Shown here piece after piece: positions 1-10,500 of a stretch of 64,000 nt of DNA. Position 1 is the first letter of the stretch. Every line of letters starts with the position of its first letter. Origin of the DNA: Patescibacteria group bacterium (GTDB lineage: Bacteria; Patescibacteriota; Minisyncoccia; Phycocordibacterales; CSBR16-119); assembly GCA_052033715.1 (NCBI GenBank), contig JBPOJJ010000002.1, positions 94,408 to 158,407 on the forward strand, written 5' to 3'. The notes beneath the pieces were generated by a model. The model was not told the DNA's origin. It worked only from the letters and a program-made list of their open reading frames with translations, and ran no database searches. Position numbers and translations under genes: made by a program.

Positions 1-447
1 CTCGACTTTTACGCGATCGCCATATGAATATTTGGGAAAAAGTTCAGTCGAAACAAGTATTCTTTGATTTATTGGGTAAATCTCTTCACGAAAATTCAGT
101 TTATCTGCTGAGACTAATAGCCTTTGGCCAGATTCTCTAACATCGACTTCGGAGCGGACAATTCCTTCAATTGAAACACTTTGACCAACAAAATTATCGA
201 GTTTGTTTTTCGGTTCGTTTGTATCTTTGATATAAAATCGCAATATTCCAATCGAGACGAAGATTAGAAATATGGAAAATAAAAGTATGGTTTTCTTCGG
301 ACCAATATTTAAAATCGCTAGCGCAAGGAAGACAATTCCCAGAAGGGCAAAAAATAATACGAGCGAGATTCCGATTAAAAAGATCGAAGAAACAAATACC
401 CCTGTCAAAAATCCAAGGATAATTGAGAGAAATATTTTCTGCGACAT
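1..447 (-). CDS. comEC: ComEC/Rec2 competence protein, N-terminal part (runs off window)
   Basis: Manual translation from ATG 447: MSQKIFLSIILGFLTG, TM helices, then GILRFY...VSIEGIVRSEVDVRE...YSYGDRVKVE (DUF4131/OB-like ComEC N-terminus). Confidence 0.75.
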   Translation of the reverse strand, partial: MSQKIFLSIILGFLTGVFVSSIFLIGISLVLFFALLGIVFLALAILNIGPKKTILLFSIFLIFVSIGILRFYIKDTNEPKNKLDNFVGQSVSIEGIVRSEVDVRESGQRLLVSADKLNFREEIYPINQRILVSTELFPKYSYGDRVKVE

Positions 448-451
448 TGGA

Positions 452-1150
452 TTATTCCAACCAAGATTTTATAATTTTTTCTTCGTCGGCTTTGGAGAAT
501 GTTTTTTTGAATCGCGCCTTCTTACCTTTAACTCTGGATTCGCACTCTTTCCAAGTTTTATGAGTTTTGATTTCTCCGTCTACCATCGATAAGTATGAAT
601 AAATTTTATCGGTTTTTTGACTGGAGGATTTACCATAGGCAGGAGCGAGATTTTTTATGTCGACAGAATATTCATTGATGTTACCCCTGAAAAGAGTTGG
701 TTTCTTGCCGGCAGCAAATTCAGTAGCGATTGTGTCAACTCGTTCGTTCCCTGCGATTCCTGAATGCCCCTCGACATACTTCCACTCAATTTCAAGATCA
801 CGAACCTTGGCAGAAAGTAGCTGCCACAAGTCTTTGTTCAAAACAGATTTTTTATTAGCAGTAAGCCAGCCACGCTCTGCCCAGCCATATACCCATTTAG
901 TAATGCCATTGATGAGATACTGCGAATCAGTAAAAAAAGTTATTTCAGCTTCCGATAAATCTTTTTCGTCTAAAAATTTGAGTGCTTCAATTGCCGCGGT
1001 CATTTCCATCCGATTATTCGTCGTTTTAGGATTGTGTCCGCCAAGCTCATTTACACATTTCCCTGTCTTGTCCGCGACAACCGCCGCCCAACCTCCGGGA
1101 CCAGGATTCCCTAGCGAGCTCCCGTCAGTAAATATCGTAATTTCTTGCAT
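452..1150 (-). CDS. rnhA: Ribonuclease HI with C-terminal viroplasmin-like hybrid-binding domain
   Basis: FTDGSSLGNPGPGGW, TTNNRMEM, TDSQY, VEGHSG..GNERVD; C-terminal KTWKECESRVKGKKARFKK. Confidence 0.95.
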   Translation of the reverse strand: MQEITIFTDGSSLGNPGPGGWAAVVADKTGKCVNELGGHNPKTTNNRMEMTAAIEALKFLDEKDLSEAEITFFTDSQYLINGITKWVYGWAERGWLTANKKSVLNKDLWQLLSAKVRDLEIEWKYVEGHSGIAGNERVDTIATEFAAGKKPTLFRGNINEYSVDIKNLAPAYGKSSSQKTDKIYSYLSMVDGEIKTHKTWKECESRVKGKKARFKKTFSKADEEKIIKSWLE

Positions 1151-1204
1151 GGACACTATTATAACGCAAAATCCCCTTTCGGGGATTTTGCCTGAATTAT
1201 TTTA

Positions 1205-1966
1205 TTATTTGACCCTATAAACAATCGAAACGCTGGAGTAAATTCGATTCTGTCCTGTTTCGATAGTTGGAGCTGGGGTATTTGCGCCACCTGCATCCAT
1301 AGCCATTTCTGCCTTGGCATACATGATTGGTCCGCCATATCCACCTTCGTTAAATGAAACGATGCGTCCAAGTCGAACTCCGAGCTGGTCGGCCAAAATT
1401 TTGGCCTTTTCTTTGGCTTCTTTGATCGCTTCTTTGCGAGCTTCTGTCTGAAGAGCGTCCTTGTTCTCAATATCGAAGTTTGGTCCTTGAATATCAGAAA
1501 CTTTGGCAGTACCGACGGCACCGATAATCTGGCTTACTTTGGCCAAATCGCGAACTTTGACTGTCGTTGTCTGAGTAACCTGATATCCCGTTAGTGTTCC
1601 GTTGGAACCTCCGCAACCGAATTGTCCGCAACGATAATCGTACTGCGGATAAGCATTGTAATAAGTTGTCTGGATGTCTTTGGTATCGATGCCGAGCGCT
1701 TTCACTGCTTCGATAGCCGCACTTGAATTCTTCTCGACTTCAGCTTGAGCGTCTTTGAGTTCTTTCATGGTGGATGATGCTCCAAATGAAATAGTTGCAA
1801 TGTCCGGTGCGGCAAAAATCTCGGCATCACCGTCAACAGTGATCGTGTTCTCGGCATTTACATCGGTTGTCTTAAATCCTTTTACTACTTCAATACCAAA
1901 GAAAATTGCGATGAGTACTAAAACCAGCGTTGCAACCTTGATTAGATCTTTAAGTGTTTTATCCAT
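1205..1966 (-). CDS. SIMPL/DUF541 domain protein
   Basis: TITVDGDAEIFAAPDIATISFG...ARKEAIKEAKEKAKILADQLGVRLGRIVS; N-terminal TM. Confidence 0.9.
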   Translation of the reverse strand: MDKTLKDLIKVATLVLVLIAIFFGIEVVKGFKTTDVNAENTITVDGDAEIFAAPDIATISFGASSTMKELKDAQAEVEKNSSAAIEAVKALGIDTKDIQTTYYNAYPQYDYRCGQFGCGGSNGTLTGYQVTQTTTVKVRDLAKVSQIIGAVGTAKVSDIQGPNFDIENKDALQTEARKEAIKEAKEKAKILADQLGVRLGRIVSFNEGGYGGPIMYAKAEMAMDAGGANTPAPTIETGQNRIYSSVSIVYRVK

Positions 1967-1998
1967 ATAAGTTGTATGTTTTTTATAATAAATAATCG

Positions 1999-2646
1999 TT
2001 AGCGTACTGGTTCTGACGACAATGCCGGAAGAATATTACTTGGTTCCTCAGATTTACCATTGTTTTTAAGTTTATCGTAAAGAGCGGCCATGGCAATTCC
2101 TGATAGCGGTATGGTAAACAATAACCCAACCAACAAAGCCAAGAAGCCTAAAATATTTATGCCCGCCAACACTAAGACAAAGAGGAAAATTCGCCATTTA
2201 TGACCCTTGGTCATAGAGTAACTTTTCTTGATCGCCTCCCAGAATTTCCAAGATTTCCATGGCATTTTCTTATCTTCCTCAACCAAAATGTAACTTACGA
2301 AAGACAACATAATAGCCACTATCACACCTGGAACGATCAGAAGTCCGAGTCCAGCGACGACAAAAATCGTAGCTATAAAAATTCCAACCAGATAGTGCAG
2401 TATCTTGGCTCCAGACAAATCGTCAAAAACCTTTCTCCTATCAAATTTACCCCCTTTGGCAATTCTCAGAAACACACTTGTCAGGATAAAAGATGTCAAA
2501 ATATCAACAACAAAACCAAGGTGGATTTCTCTTCCCAGCGCCCCAACAACATAAATAATGGCCATGAAAGCAATAATCGGCCAAAAGTTCTCTTTGGTTT
2601 TAGTCCAGCCAATCTTTATGAGTTCTTTGTTTTTCCAGGTTGTCAT
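1999..2646 (-). CDS. Integral membrane protein (DUF975-like)
   Basis: Several TM helices; LLIVPG and EAIKKSYSMTKGHKWRIF motifs. Confidence 0.7.
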   Translation of the reverse strand: MTTWKNKELIKIGWTKTKENFWPIIAFMAIIYVVGALGREIHLGFVVDILTSFILTSVFLRIAKGGKFDRRKVFDDLSGAKILHYLVGIFIATIFVVAGLGLLIVPGVIVAIMLSFVSYILVEEDKKMPWKSWKFWEAIKKSYSMTKGHKWRIFLFVLVLAGINILGFLALLVGLLFTIPLSGIAMAALYDKLKNNGKSEEPSNILPALSSEPVR

Positions 2647-2648
2647 TT

Positions 2649-3170
2649 TTATTGCACACCTTTAGGATTTATAGCCAAAAGCTCAACGTCAAAAACCAAG
2701 GTGGCGTTAGCTGGAATAACTCCCGGCACACCCCTTTCACCATAAGCGAATTTGCCAGGAATAACGATTTTTCTAACTTCTCCGACTTTCATACCTTTCA
2801 TGCCAATTTCCCAACCCTGAATAACTTGTCCCATTCCCAGAGTAAATTGAAATGGAGTTCCTCGATCAACGCTCGAATCAAACTTCTTTCCGTCCAAGAG
2901 ATATCCTGTGTAATGTACGGATAAAATGTCTCCGTCTCGAGAAACAGCATCACCTGTGCCAGATTTAACTATGGTCATTTTAAGCTCGTCTTCAGACGCT
3001 GGTTTTGGAGTAGACGCAACAGAGGTCGTTGAAATTTCACTTTGTGTTGCCACAGACTCTTCCTCTGAGACGACTACCGCGTCAGAAGGAGCAACTGGAT
3101 TTCTTTTTAATAGAAGAAAGACAACGACCACGGCAACAACTACAATAATTATCGAATACATTAATTTCAT
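2649..3170 (-). CDS. FKBP-type peptidyl-prolyl isomerase, membrane anchored
   Basis: [49 protein letters not shown]. Confidence 0.95.
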   Translation of the reverse strand: MKLMYSIIIVVVAVVVVFLLLKRNPVAPSDAVVVSEEESVATQSEISTTSVASTPKPASEDELKMTIVKSGTGDAVSRDGDILSVHYTGYLLDGKKFDSSVDRGTPFQFTLGMGQVIQGWEIGMKGMKVGEVRKIVIPGKFAYGERGVPGVIPANATLVFDVELLAINPKGVQ

Positions 3171-3214
3171 ATTTAATTACTATTTAATAAAGGTTGAGGC
3201 TATTATAGCACCTT

Positions 3215-3901
3215 CTATTTATTGAGGCCTTCAATGACAGACTTGAGCTCATCGTAGGGCAAAGCTCCAGTAAAAGAAAACTTTTGACCATTTTTGTCAA
3301 CCAAGACAGTATGCGGTGTTCCATTGAATCCGAGTAAAATCTTATTTTGGGTGAATTCTTGGCGGATTTCTTTTTCGATTTCAGAATCTTTTATACAGAC
3401 CCCATATTTAGTCGCGTCAATTCCAAAAGTCTGGGCGACTTCTAAATAGTATTCTGTTTTTAGTTTATCTTGATTGGCGAATAATTCATCAGAATATTTC
3501 CAGAAAGCCTCTTCGCCACCGATACGCCCAACGCAAGAGCTCGCCACAGCTGCTTCGACATTAAAAATTGGTAAATGTCGATAAATCCATTTGATCTCGC
3601 CCTCAGACTCGTCCACGAGTTGCTTGAGTGTCAATTGGAACTGTGCGCAAAAATGACACGAAAAGTCTGCATACTCGATAAGAGTGACCGGTGCGCTTGC
3701 CTCCCCTCTCACAAAGTCCTCCTCGCGGACCTCAGCCACGAGATTGAGCTTATCCCCGCCCTCAGCGATAGCCTTCTCCGCCGGCTCTGCGCCTTTCAAG
3801 AAAACCGCGGAAGCTATAATTACAGCTCCCAGTACTATCGCTCCAGGAATGTTCAGTCTTGGCTTCGATACAGTTTCGATTTTTATTTCATTATTTTCCA
3901 T
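3215..3901 (-). CDS. DsbA-family thiol:disulfide oxidoreductase
   Basis: EYADFSCHFC (CxxC), GTP cis-Pro motif, N-terminal TM. Confidence 0.9.
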   Translation of the reverse strand: MENNEIKIETVSKPRLNIPGAIVLGAVIIASAVFLKGAEPAEKAIAEGGDKLNLVAEVREEDFVRGEASAPVTLIEYADFSCHFCAQFQLTLKQLVDESEGEIKWIYRHLPIFNVEAAVASSCVGRIGGEEAFWKYSDELFANQDKLKTEYYLEVAQTFGIDATKYGVCIKDSEIEKEIRQEFTQNKILLGFNGTPHTVLVDKNGQKFSFTGALPYDELKSVIEGLNK

Positions 3902-3902
3902 T

Positions 3903-4316
3903 TTATTTTTTCTTTAAACACTTAACACATTTGCAACCGACTGGTTTTATAAATTCATCAAAATATTCTTCTCCGTAATCATACGAGAGTTCCTCTCCCG
4001 CAGCAATGTTTTTGATGGCCATGATCATAATTCTGCCTTTCTTGATCTCAACTTCGCAGTTTGGCCGACAAGAATGGTTTATATACCTGGCGGTATTCCA
4101 TCTGGGCGAACCATCGATGGTAAATTTATTGTTAATTTCAAACAAGTATTTCCCCGTATGGTCTTCGACTTCTTTGTTCGGCTTTTTTATACCAATATAT
4201 TCGACAATAAAATCACCTTTCTTGAATAATTTATTCGTGACCAAACCAAACCCGAGCCCCTTGCCCGGTCGAATGATTCGAAAATCTTCGACTCTTTTAT
4301 TTTTCATTTTCGCCAT
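3903..4316 (-). CDS. SET-domain lysine methyltransferase with post-SET cysteines
   Basis: GLGFG, ARYINHSCRPN, GEELSYDYG, CKCVKC. Confidence 0.92.
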   Translation of the reverse strand: MAKMKNKRVEDFRIIRPGKGLGFGLVTNKLFKKGDFIVEYIGIKKPNKEVEDHTGKYLFEINNKFTIDGSPRWNTARYINHSCRPNCEVEIKKGRIMIMAIKNIAAGEELSYDYGEEYFDEFIKPVGCKCVKCLKKK

Positions 4317-4338
4317 ACGCGAGATTATAACACACAGA

Positions 4339-4364
4339 CAAAAACCCCCTTTCGGGGGTTTTTG
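4339..4364. terminator. Bidirectional intrinsic terminator
   Basis: AAAAACCCCC-TTC-GGGGGTTTTT hairpin with A and T tails. Confidence 0.75.
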
Positions 4365-4574
4365 TTAGTTCCTGGGAGCGTCAGGATAAAACTTTTCTGG
4401 ATCTCTCTCGCCAAAACTACTTTCGACAGCTTCTTCAGACTCTAGAATATTTTCTGCCGGATTACTGTTACTTGGATAGTTCGTCTCACCCGTGCTTGAC
4501 GTTTGGTTATTTTTTATAAAAATATAACCGAGAACAATTAAACCGAGTATTAATATAGCAATTATTGTTTTCAT
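4365..4574 (-). CDS. Small single-TM hypothetical protein
   Basis: MKTIIAILILGLIVLGYIFIK anchor; lies directly downstream of the giant surface protein. Confidence 0.6.
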   Translation of the reverse strand: MKTIIAILILGLIVLGYIFIKNNQTSSTGETNYPSNSNPAENILESEEAVESSFGERDPEKFYPDAPRN

Positions 4575-4592
4575 AGATTTATTCTATCATGA

Positions 4593-7500
4593 CTAACAAT
4601 TTCCATATTCGACCACGATAGCTGTAAATGGTTGAATGGTATATGTCTGCGTTCCGCTCGTTGATTGGCCATTAACTCTACAAGCGTTGGTTATTACTTG
4701 AGAGGTTGGAGATATAGTCGCGTTGTAGAAGATCTGCGGTGCCTGAGTTGCGGTGTACGTTCCATCAGTTGAGTTAACGTCTTCGTTTGAACTTGTTTTC
4801 CACTGGCCCAAAGTCCAATTGTTTGTTTGACCACTGAAGTTCTTCATCTGTTGAACTTTTGTTGTTCTGTATGGATTGGAATAATAATTGCTGTTTATGG
4901 TTCCAAAATCAGCTACCGCGCCTGTGCCATTACTATATGAGTGCAGGAAGTACAGTGGATTTTGATAAGAAGCTATTCCGTATATCTTGTTTCCAGTGAC
5001 TACGTCATTGTATTGTGGCCAGAAACATGGACTATTTGAGTCGGGTGTAGGACATCCGCCGGAAACAGTTCTATAGTTTGACCAGTCCGCAAAAGCAATT
5101 CCTGATCGATTGAAATCGTAAATTATATTGTTTCGTATTTTGTTGTCACGGAACAATGTATTGTGATCAACCCATATACCATCAGTTGCATTTATAGCGA
5201 TGTTTGAGTCGAGATCAAGATTGATAATAGGGCCTACTGTACCATCTCCAAAGTAGTAGGCCTTGTCTCTTGCTACGTACCCAACGTACAGTATTGGCTG
5301 AGAAGCCATGTTTGGAGAACCACCAGTTCCGGCATTTTGACCAGAACCGACACCGATATCTTTGACGATGTTTTTACTGATAGTCAGGCCGTTTGTGTTG
5401 TCAAAGGTGATTCCTGCGCCGTCGGTAAGCGTCTTCATCGCTCTTTCAACCAAGTTCTCGGTTATAGTACCCGACCCCGCTGCCCAGATTCCGGCATATC
5501 CTGTATCGCGAACAATGTTTCTCCTAGAAACAATATTACTTCCACCACCAATGTGAATTATTCCGGAATGTGTCATTTCTGAACTATACATTCTGTCTTC
5601 TACAGTAGAAACCCGTTCGATGACATTGCCCTCTATCAAGTGACCATTGCCTCCCTGAACAGATATACCAGTTACATTTAGATCATGGAGATAATTATTT
5701 CTCAAAGTATTTTTGTCAGATTCTGCAACACCATCGATTCCTGAATGGTAAACACCGTGGTAAGCATTTCTTATTTCTAGATTTTCTACTGTTATACCTT
5801 TTAGATTTGTTCCACTTTGGCTTCTTAGCCAAACGGCATAACCCGTCTGACCCTCGACGATAAGATTCCTAACTATTATATGTCCGGCGCTCGCGATGTA
5901 GACTCCGTCTGATTCAGAGGTCATTTCGACTGTTAAGGTGTTTGGGTTGGCATTGCCTGGGGCCCATAGGTACACAGTATTTGTCGCGGAGTCAAAATAC
6001 CATTCACCGGCAGTATCAAGTAATGATAATTTATTTCTCAAAATATAACCCCATGCCAGGTTGGTCCATTGTGATCCGTATTTCATGGCAGTGCCGGGAG
6101 TCGTGTGGTCATATCTTTGCAAATCTATTCTCGATCCAGAATTTCCAGTTATTTTTCCGATAGAAATAGACCAAGGTGATCCTCTCGTTACAACCTCTCC
6201 ATTGGTCAATGAATTCGAACCTTGGGCCGAAAGCCATGAATTGTCTGAATCTGTTATGAGATTGGCGCCTCTAGAGTTTGTGAAGTACCATCCTGTGTTT
6301 GGCTGACGAGCCTGTGTTTGATAAGCACTGTTTATGAACAGATATTTCGGCGTTGATGCTGGTGCAGAAGAAACTGTCGCTTTCCAGATATTGCCACTGT
6401 GTTGTGTCCAGTTTGTGACCAATACGTTACCGGAAATCACTGGCGCCGAACCTGCTCCATAAGCGTCAACTATGATCTTGGATGAGGCGGTACCGGACTT
6501 GGTTATCGCTAGACGACCTCTGTGTGATTGCTCCCTCTTGAAACAAATCATTGTTCCAGCGTTGATACTCGACATTGAAGAATTCACCTTACTAATTGTC
6601 TTCCAAGGAGTAGAGACTGATGTTCCGTTGTTTGAATCGTTACCACTTACCGCATCTACGTAAAAGATGGTTCCGCCGGAAGGATTTGTACAAGAAGTCG
6701 GGTTCGTCGTAAGAGATGGTCCGACAGCGCCATTGATTCCGTTCATCGTCTGCCCACCAGTTGGTGGTGGGGGTGTTGGGTCAGATGAAGTTGTTCCTGT
6801 TGTGGCAGATGACCAAGATGTACAGTTTGGAGCAGTAACACCGTCGCATGCTCGGACCTGGTATTCATACGAAGTTCCGGCGACAAGTCCGGTATTTGAA
6901 AATGATGTCGCTCCGCCACTATACACTTCTGCGAATGTTCCTGAAGGAAGAGTTCTTCTTTGAAGTTTGTAAGTAATTGGTGTTGTGGCGTCTGTTGCAG
7001 TGTTCCAAGATACTGTCAATGAAGTAGTCGTTGGTGAAGCGGTGGCTAAATTTGGTGTTCCGGCAGTCCAAACAGGATTCTCGTTGTCAATCAAGGGAGT
7101 GCCCCCGCCCGAGCCATTAACCGCTCTTTGGATTTGTGGAAGTGAAGAATTGTTTGTGTTTACCAGTCTGTAATACGGCGCTGTGGCGTTCGATAGTGTT
7201 ATGGTCTTGATCCCGAGTTTTCCATTTGGTGCAGTAATGCTTGTTTGACCAGACACATCTGTCCAAGATGTTCCGTTCGTTGAACTTTGCAATTTCCATG
7301 TTTCTCCTGGCTTGATGTGGGTTATGTTTATAGCCAAAATGTTATTGGAGAATGTAATCTGTGGATCTTTCCATGGGTTGGCTAGAGGCTCTCCGACGAA
7401 GTTTGTATTTCCATTCTTCTCGACAGAAGACCAGTATGATTGGAGAGCGGATGCACCAGTGTAATATTCTCTCCACAATTGTGTTGTTTTGGAAGATTTT

Positions 7501-10500
7501 CTAGCAACCCCAGATGAACTATCCCATGGCTCTTTTTGTGTGCCAGAACTTGCCGTTGCGCCAGCTTTCAACATTTCTGTTATTGACAGTTGAGCTCCCG
7601 TTCCTCCTGAAACTCCGTCTTGAGACAAAAAGCCACTGTTGCTTGTTGCATAATCAACGAGAGCACCTTTTAGGAAATTTAGAGTTGAAATATACGGCGG
7701 ACAAGCAAGAGCTGTATGGTAGCCCAAAACATCTGTTTTATTTTTCAAGAAACTTGGTTCGTATTGTGAACCACCTATATAACTTTGTGTTGAAGTACAA
7801 TTTCCTGGACTACCTCCGGCAGCATAATTCGATACCGTAGTGTGTTCCGTTGCTAAATTATTTTGATTGAACAATCCAGCGAGAGTTAGTATATTCGAAT
7901 GTCTTATCGGCGCTCTATTTGTATCGAATGTTGAAATTGAATAAATCTTACTTGTTGGATGTGTGTTATCAGCCTGTACACCCTGATCTACGAACTGTTT
8001 ACCTTCGTTATAGTTTCCTGAAGCAAAAGGCAACAAGAAAGCTGGGATGAGGTTATGAGTTTGTCGTGGAGTCAAAAATCCGGAAGAATTTTCAAAATAG
8101 GCATTTGTTGGCATGCTGCCAGAACTAAGCAACGCATCACCATCAACATATTGCCCTTTTGCAAATGCTACAACCAGAGAAACACATGGTTCTGTTCCAC
8201 TGCCGGTATTACAATTAGTGGTAGCGTTTCCAACCATGAAAGGATATCTCCACACAAGCATCGCGCCTTGAATGTCAGGAGAACCAAGACCGGCCGAAGT
8301 ATATGCAGAAGTTATCTGATTTAGAACATGAGCTCGCATGTTTGTTCCACCGAAACCTGTTTCGAAAGTGCTTCTTAGCATAATCCTGCCATTATTATCC
8401 ATCGGCGCGTTAAAACTAAGGGTTACTTTGTTTTGCGCAGGAATACCTCTTTGTTGTATATAGTAATCAGCTAGCTGACACGATTGGGAGTATTGTGAAT
8501 TGCACACAACGGCTATTTGATTTGGATTGAATGACCTTTGTGGAGTTGAAACTATTGGCGCCGAAGATGGAGGTGCGCTTGCAACGCTAAATGTAACACT
8601 TACGCTTGATGTCATCGGATTTCCAGCCGTATCTTGGCAGCGAACATATCTTGTATAAGATGTTCCGTCTGTCAAACCAAGGAGCGGATAGTTGTGAGAA
8701 GTCGATCCAGAGCCAGTAAAGGTGTTGGTCATGGAAGCGTAAGCAGTATCTGTTGTTGCCCACTTACAAGTTGCAGCTTCATTTGTCGTGGCTGTCATCG
8801 TAAATGTTGTTGTACCCGCGGAGAGAACCTGATTATTTGTCGGCGCGGTAATGTTAGCCGTTGGAGGAATTGTGTCAGTTGGTGGTGGAACGTATGAATC
8901 AATATTGTTTTCATTGACCCAACCATCAGTACCAGTTGCAAAGTCGACATACCAATAATTGATTCCGCCACTTATCCAAACTGGATTTATAGGTCCAGCC
9001 GAGCTGTTGGTTATCACGCCAACTGTACCAGCAACTTGATTTCCGGCATTACCAGAAGCGTCAGGTGTAACCTTGATGCTTGCTGTGGTATTTGTCTCAA
9101 CCTGGTTACCATTGGCAAAACTAGTTGAGAGTGTTGGAGCACTGACAGCATTTGAAACACCTGAAGTATTTCCAACGTTATCAACCGCGGTAATCGTATA
9201 GCTATAAGTTCCTGTTGATGTGACGCTGGTATCAACAAAAGTTGTTTGGTTTCCAACGTTTACTGTTGTGCCAGGATTTCTGGTGACATTGTAGTGATTA
9301 ACTCCTCCGGCATCTGTCGAAGCTGCCCAAGACAATCTAATCTCTCCTGCCGAACGATATGTTGAGGCTGCAGAAGTTGGATTGGTTGGAGGAGTTAGAT
9401 CGTCAAAGTTAGACAGGATGAATTGATTAACGACTGGTGTTCCAGCTGCGCCTGTACAAGTGGCGGCGGCATAAGGGGTGACGGTGAGGGTATATGCGCC
9501 CAAAATCTGAGTCGATGTTGGCCAAGAAGTATATGTCCCCGAAGCATCGCCATAAAGAGCAAATGGTGAAGAGCTTTCGCACTGAGTATAGGCGGTAAAT
9601 CCAGACGGCCCAGTTAGATCAAATTTGATACTTGCTGGAGCTGGTGTGCCTGGATTTGCTTTGATTGAGAAAGCTCCGCTAAGTGGTGCATATGTGGCGT
9701 TCGCCTGACTTCCAACGTTTAGCTGCTGACCAGAGGCGAGGGTGGACACAACTGTGCCGTTTATTTGAACAACCTGAAGAGAGGAAACGATTGTTGGTAT
9801 CGCTGTCGTTGTTGCTGTAACTGCAGATGATTGAGCAGAACAATTTTGCGTTGGCGCACTGTCGCAAGCAGAGATGGTGTATGAATAGAGTGTTCCAGCA
9901 ACCAAATCAAGATCCGTCATCGAAGTGCCTGAGATTGGAGAGCCAATGTAAGTACCATTTCGATAAATTCTATAAGTAACTGGAGAAGAAGCATCTGTCA
10001 CAGCATTCCAAGACAAAGCAACGGTTGTCGAAGTAACTGCGCCAACAGAAAGCGTTGGTACAGCTGGAGCGGTAGTATCGACTGGAGCGGCCACGCTAAA
10101 CTCACGACTTACACTTGTCGTCATTGTGTTTCCGACGGTGTCCTGGCAGCGTACGTATCGAGTGTATGATGTTCCGTTAACAAGACCCGTAAGCGACGCG
10201 TTGTGGCTAGTAGAACCAGCCCCAGCAAGTGTGTTGATCATGCTTGAGTAGGCAACGTCTGTTGTGTTCCATTTACATGTTGCCGCTTCGTTTGTTGTGA
10301 CCGACAAGGTTGTGCTTGTCGTACCAGCCGGCAGAACTTGACCCGCGGTTGGAGCAGTAATTGTGGCTGTTGGAGCAGTTGCATCCGACGGCGCTGCTGT
10401 CGTACCACTAACTGCGGATGATTGAGCAGAACAATTTGTGGTAATTGCTATATAGCAAGCCTGAACCTTGTAGTAATAAGTTACGTTTGGAGAAAGAGAC

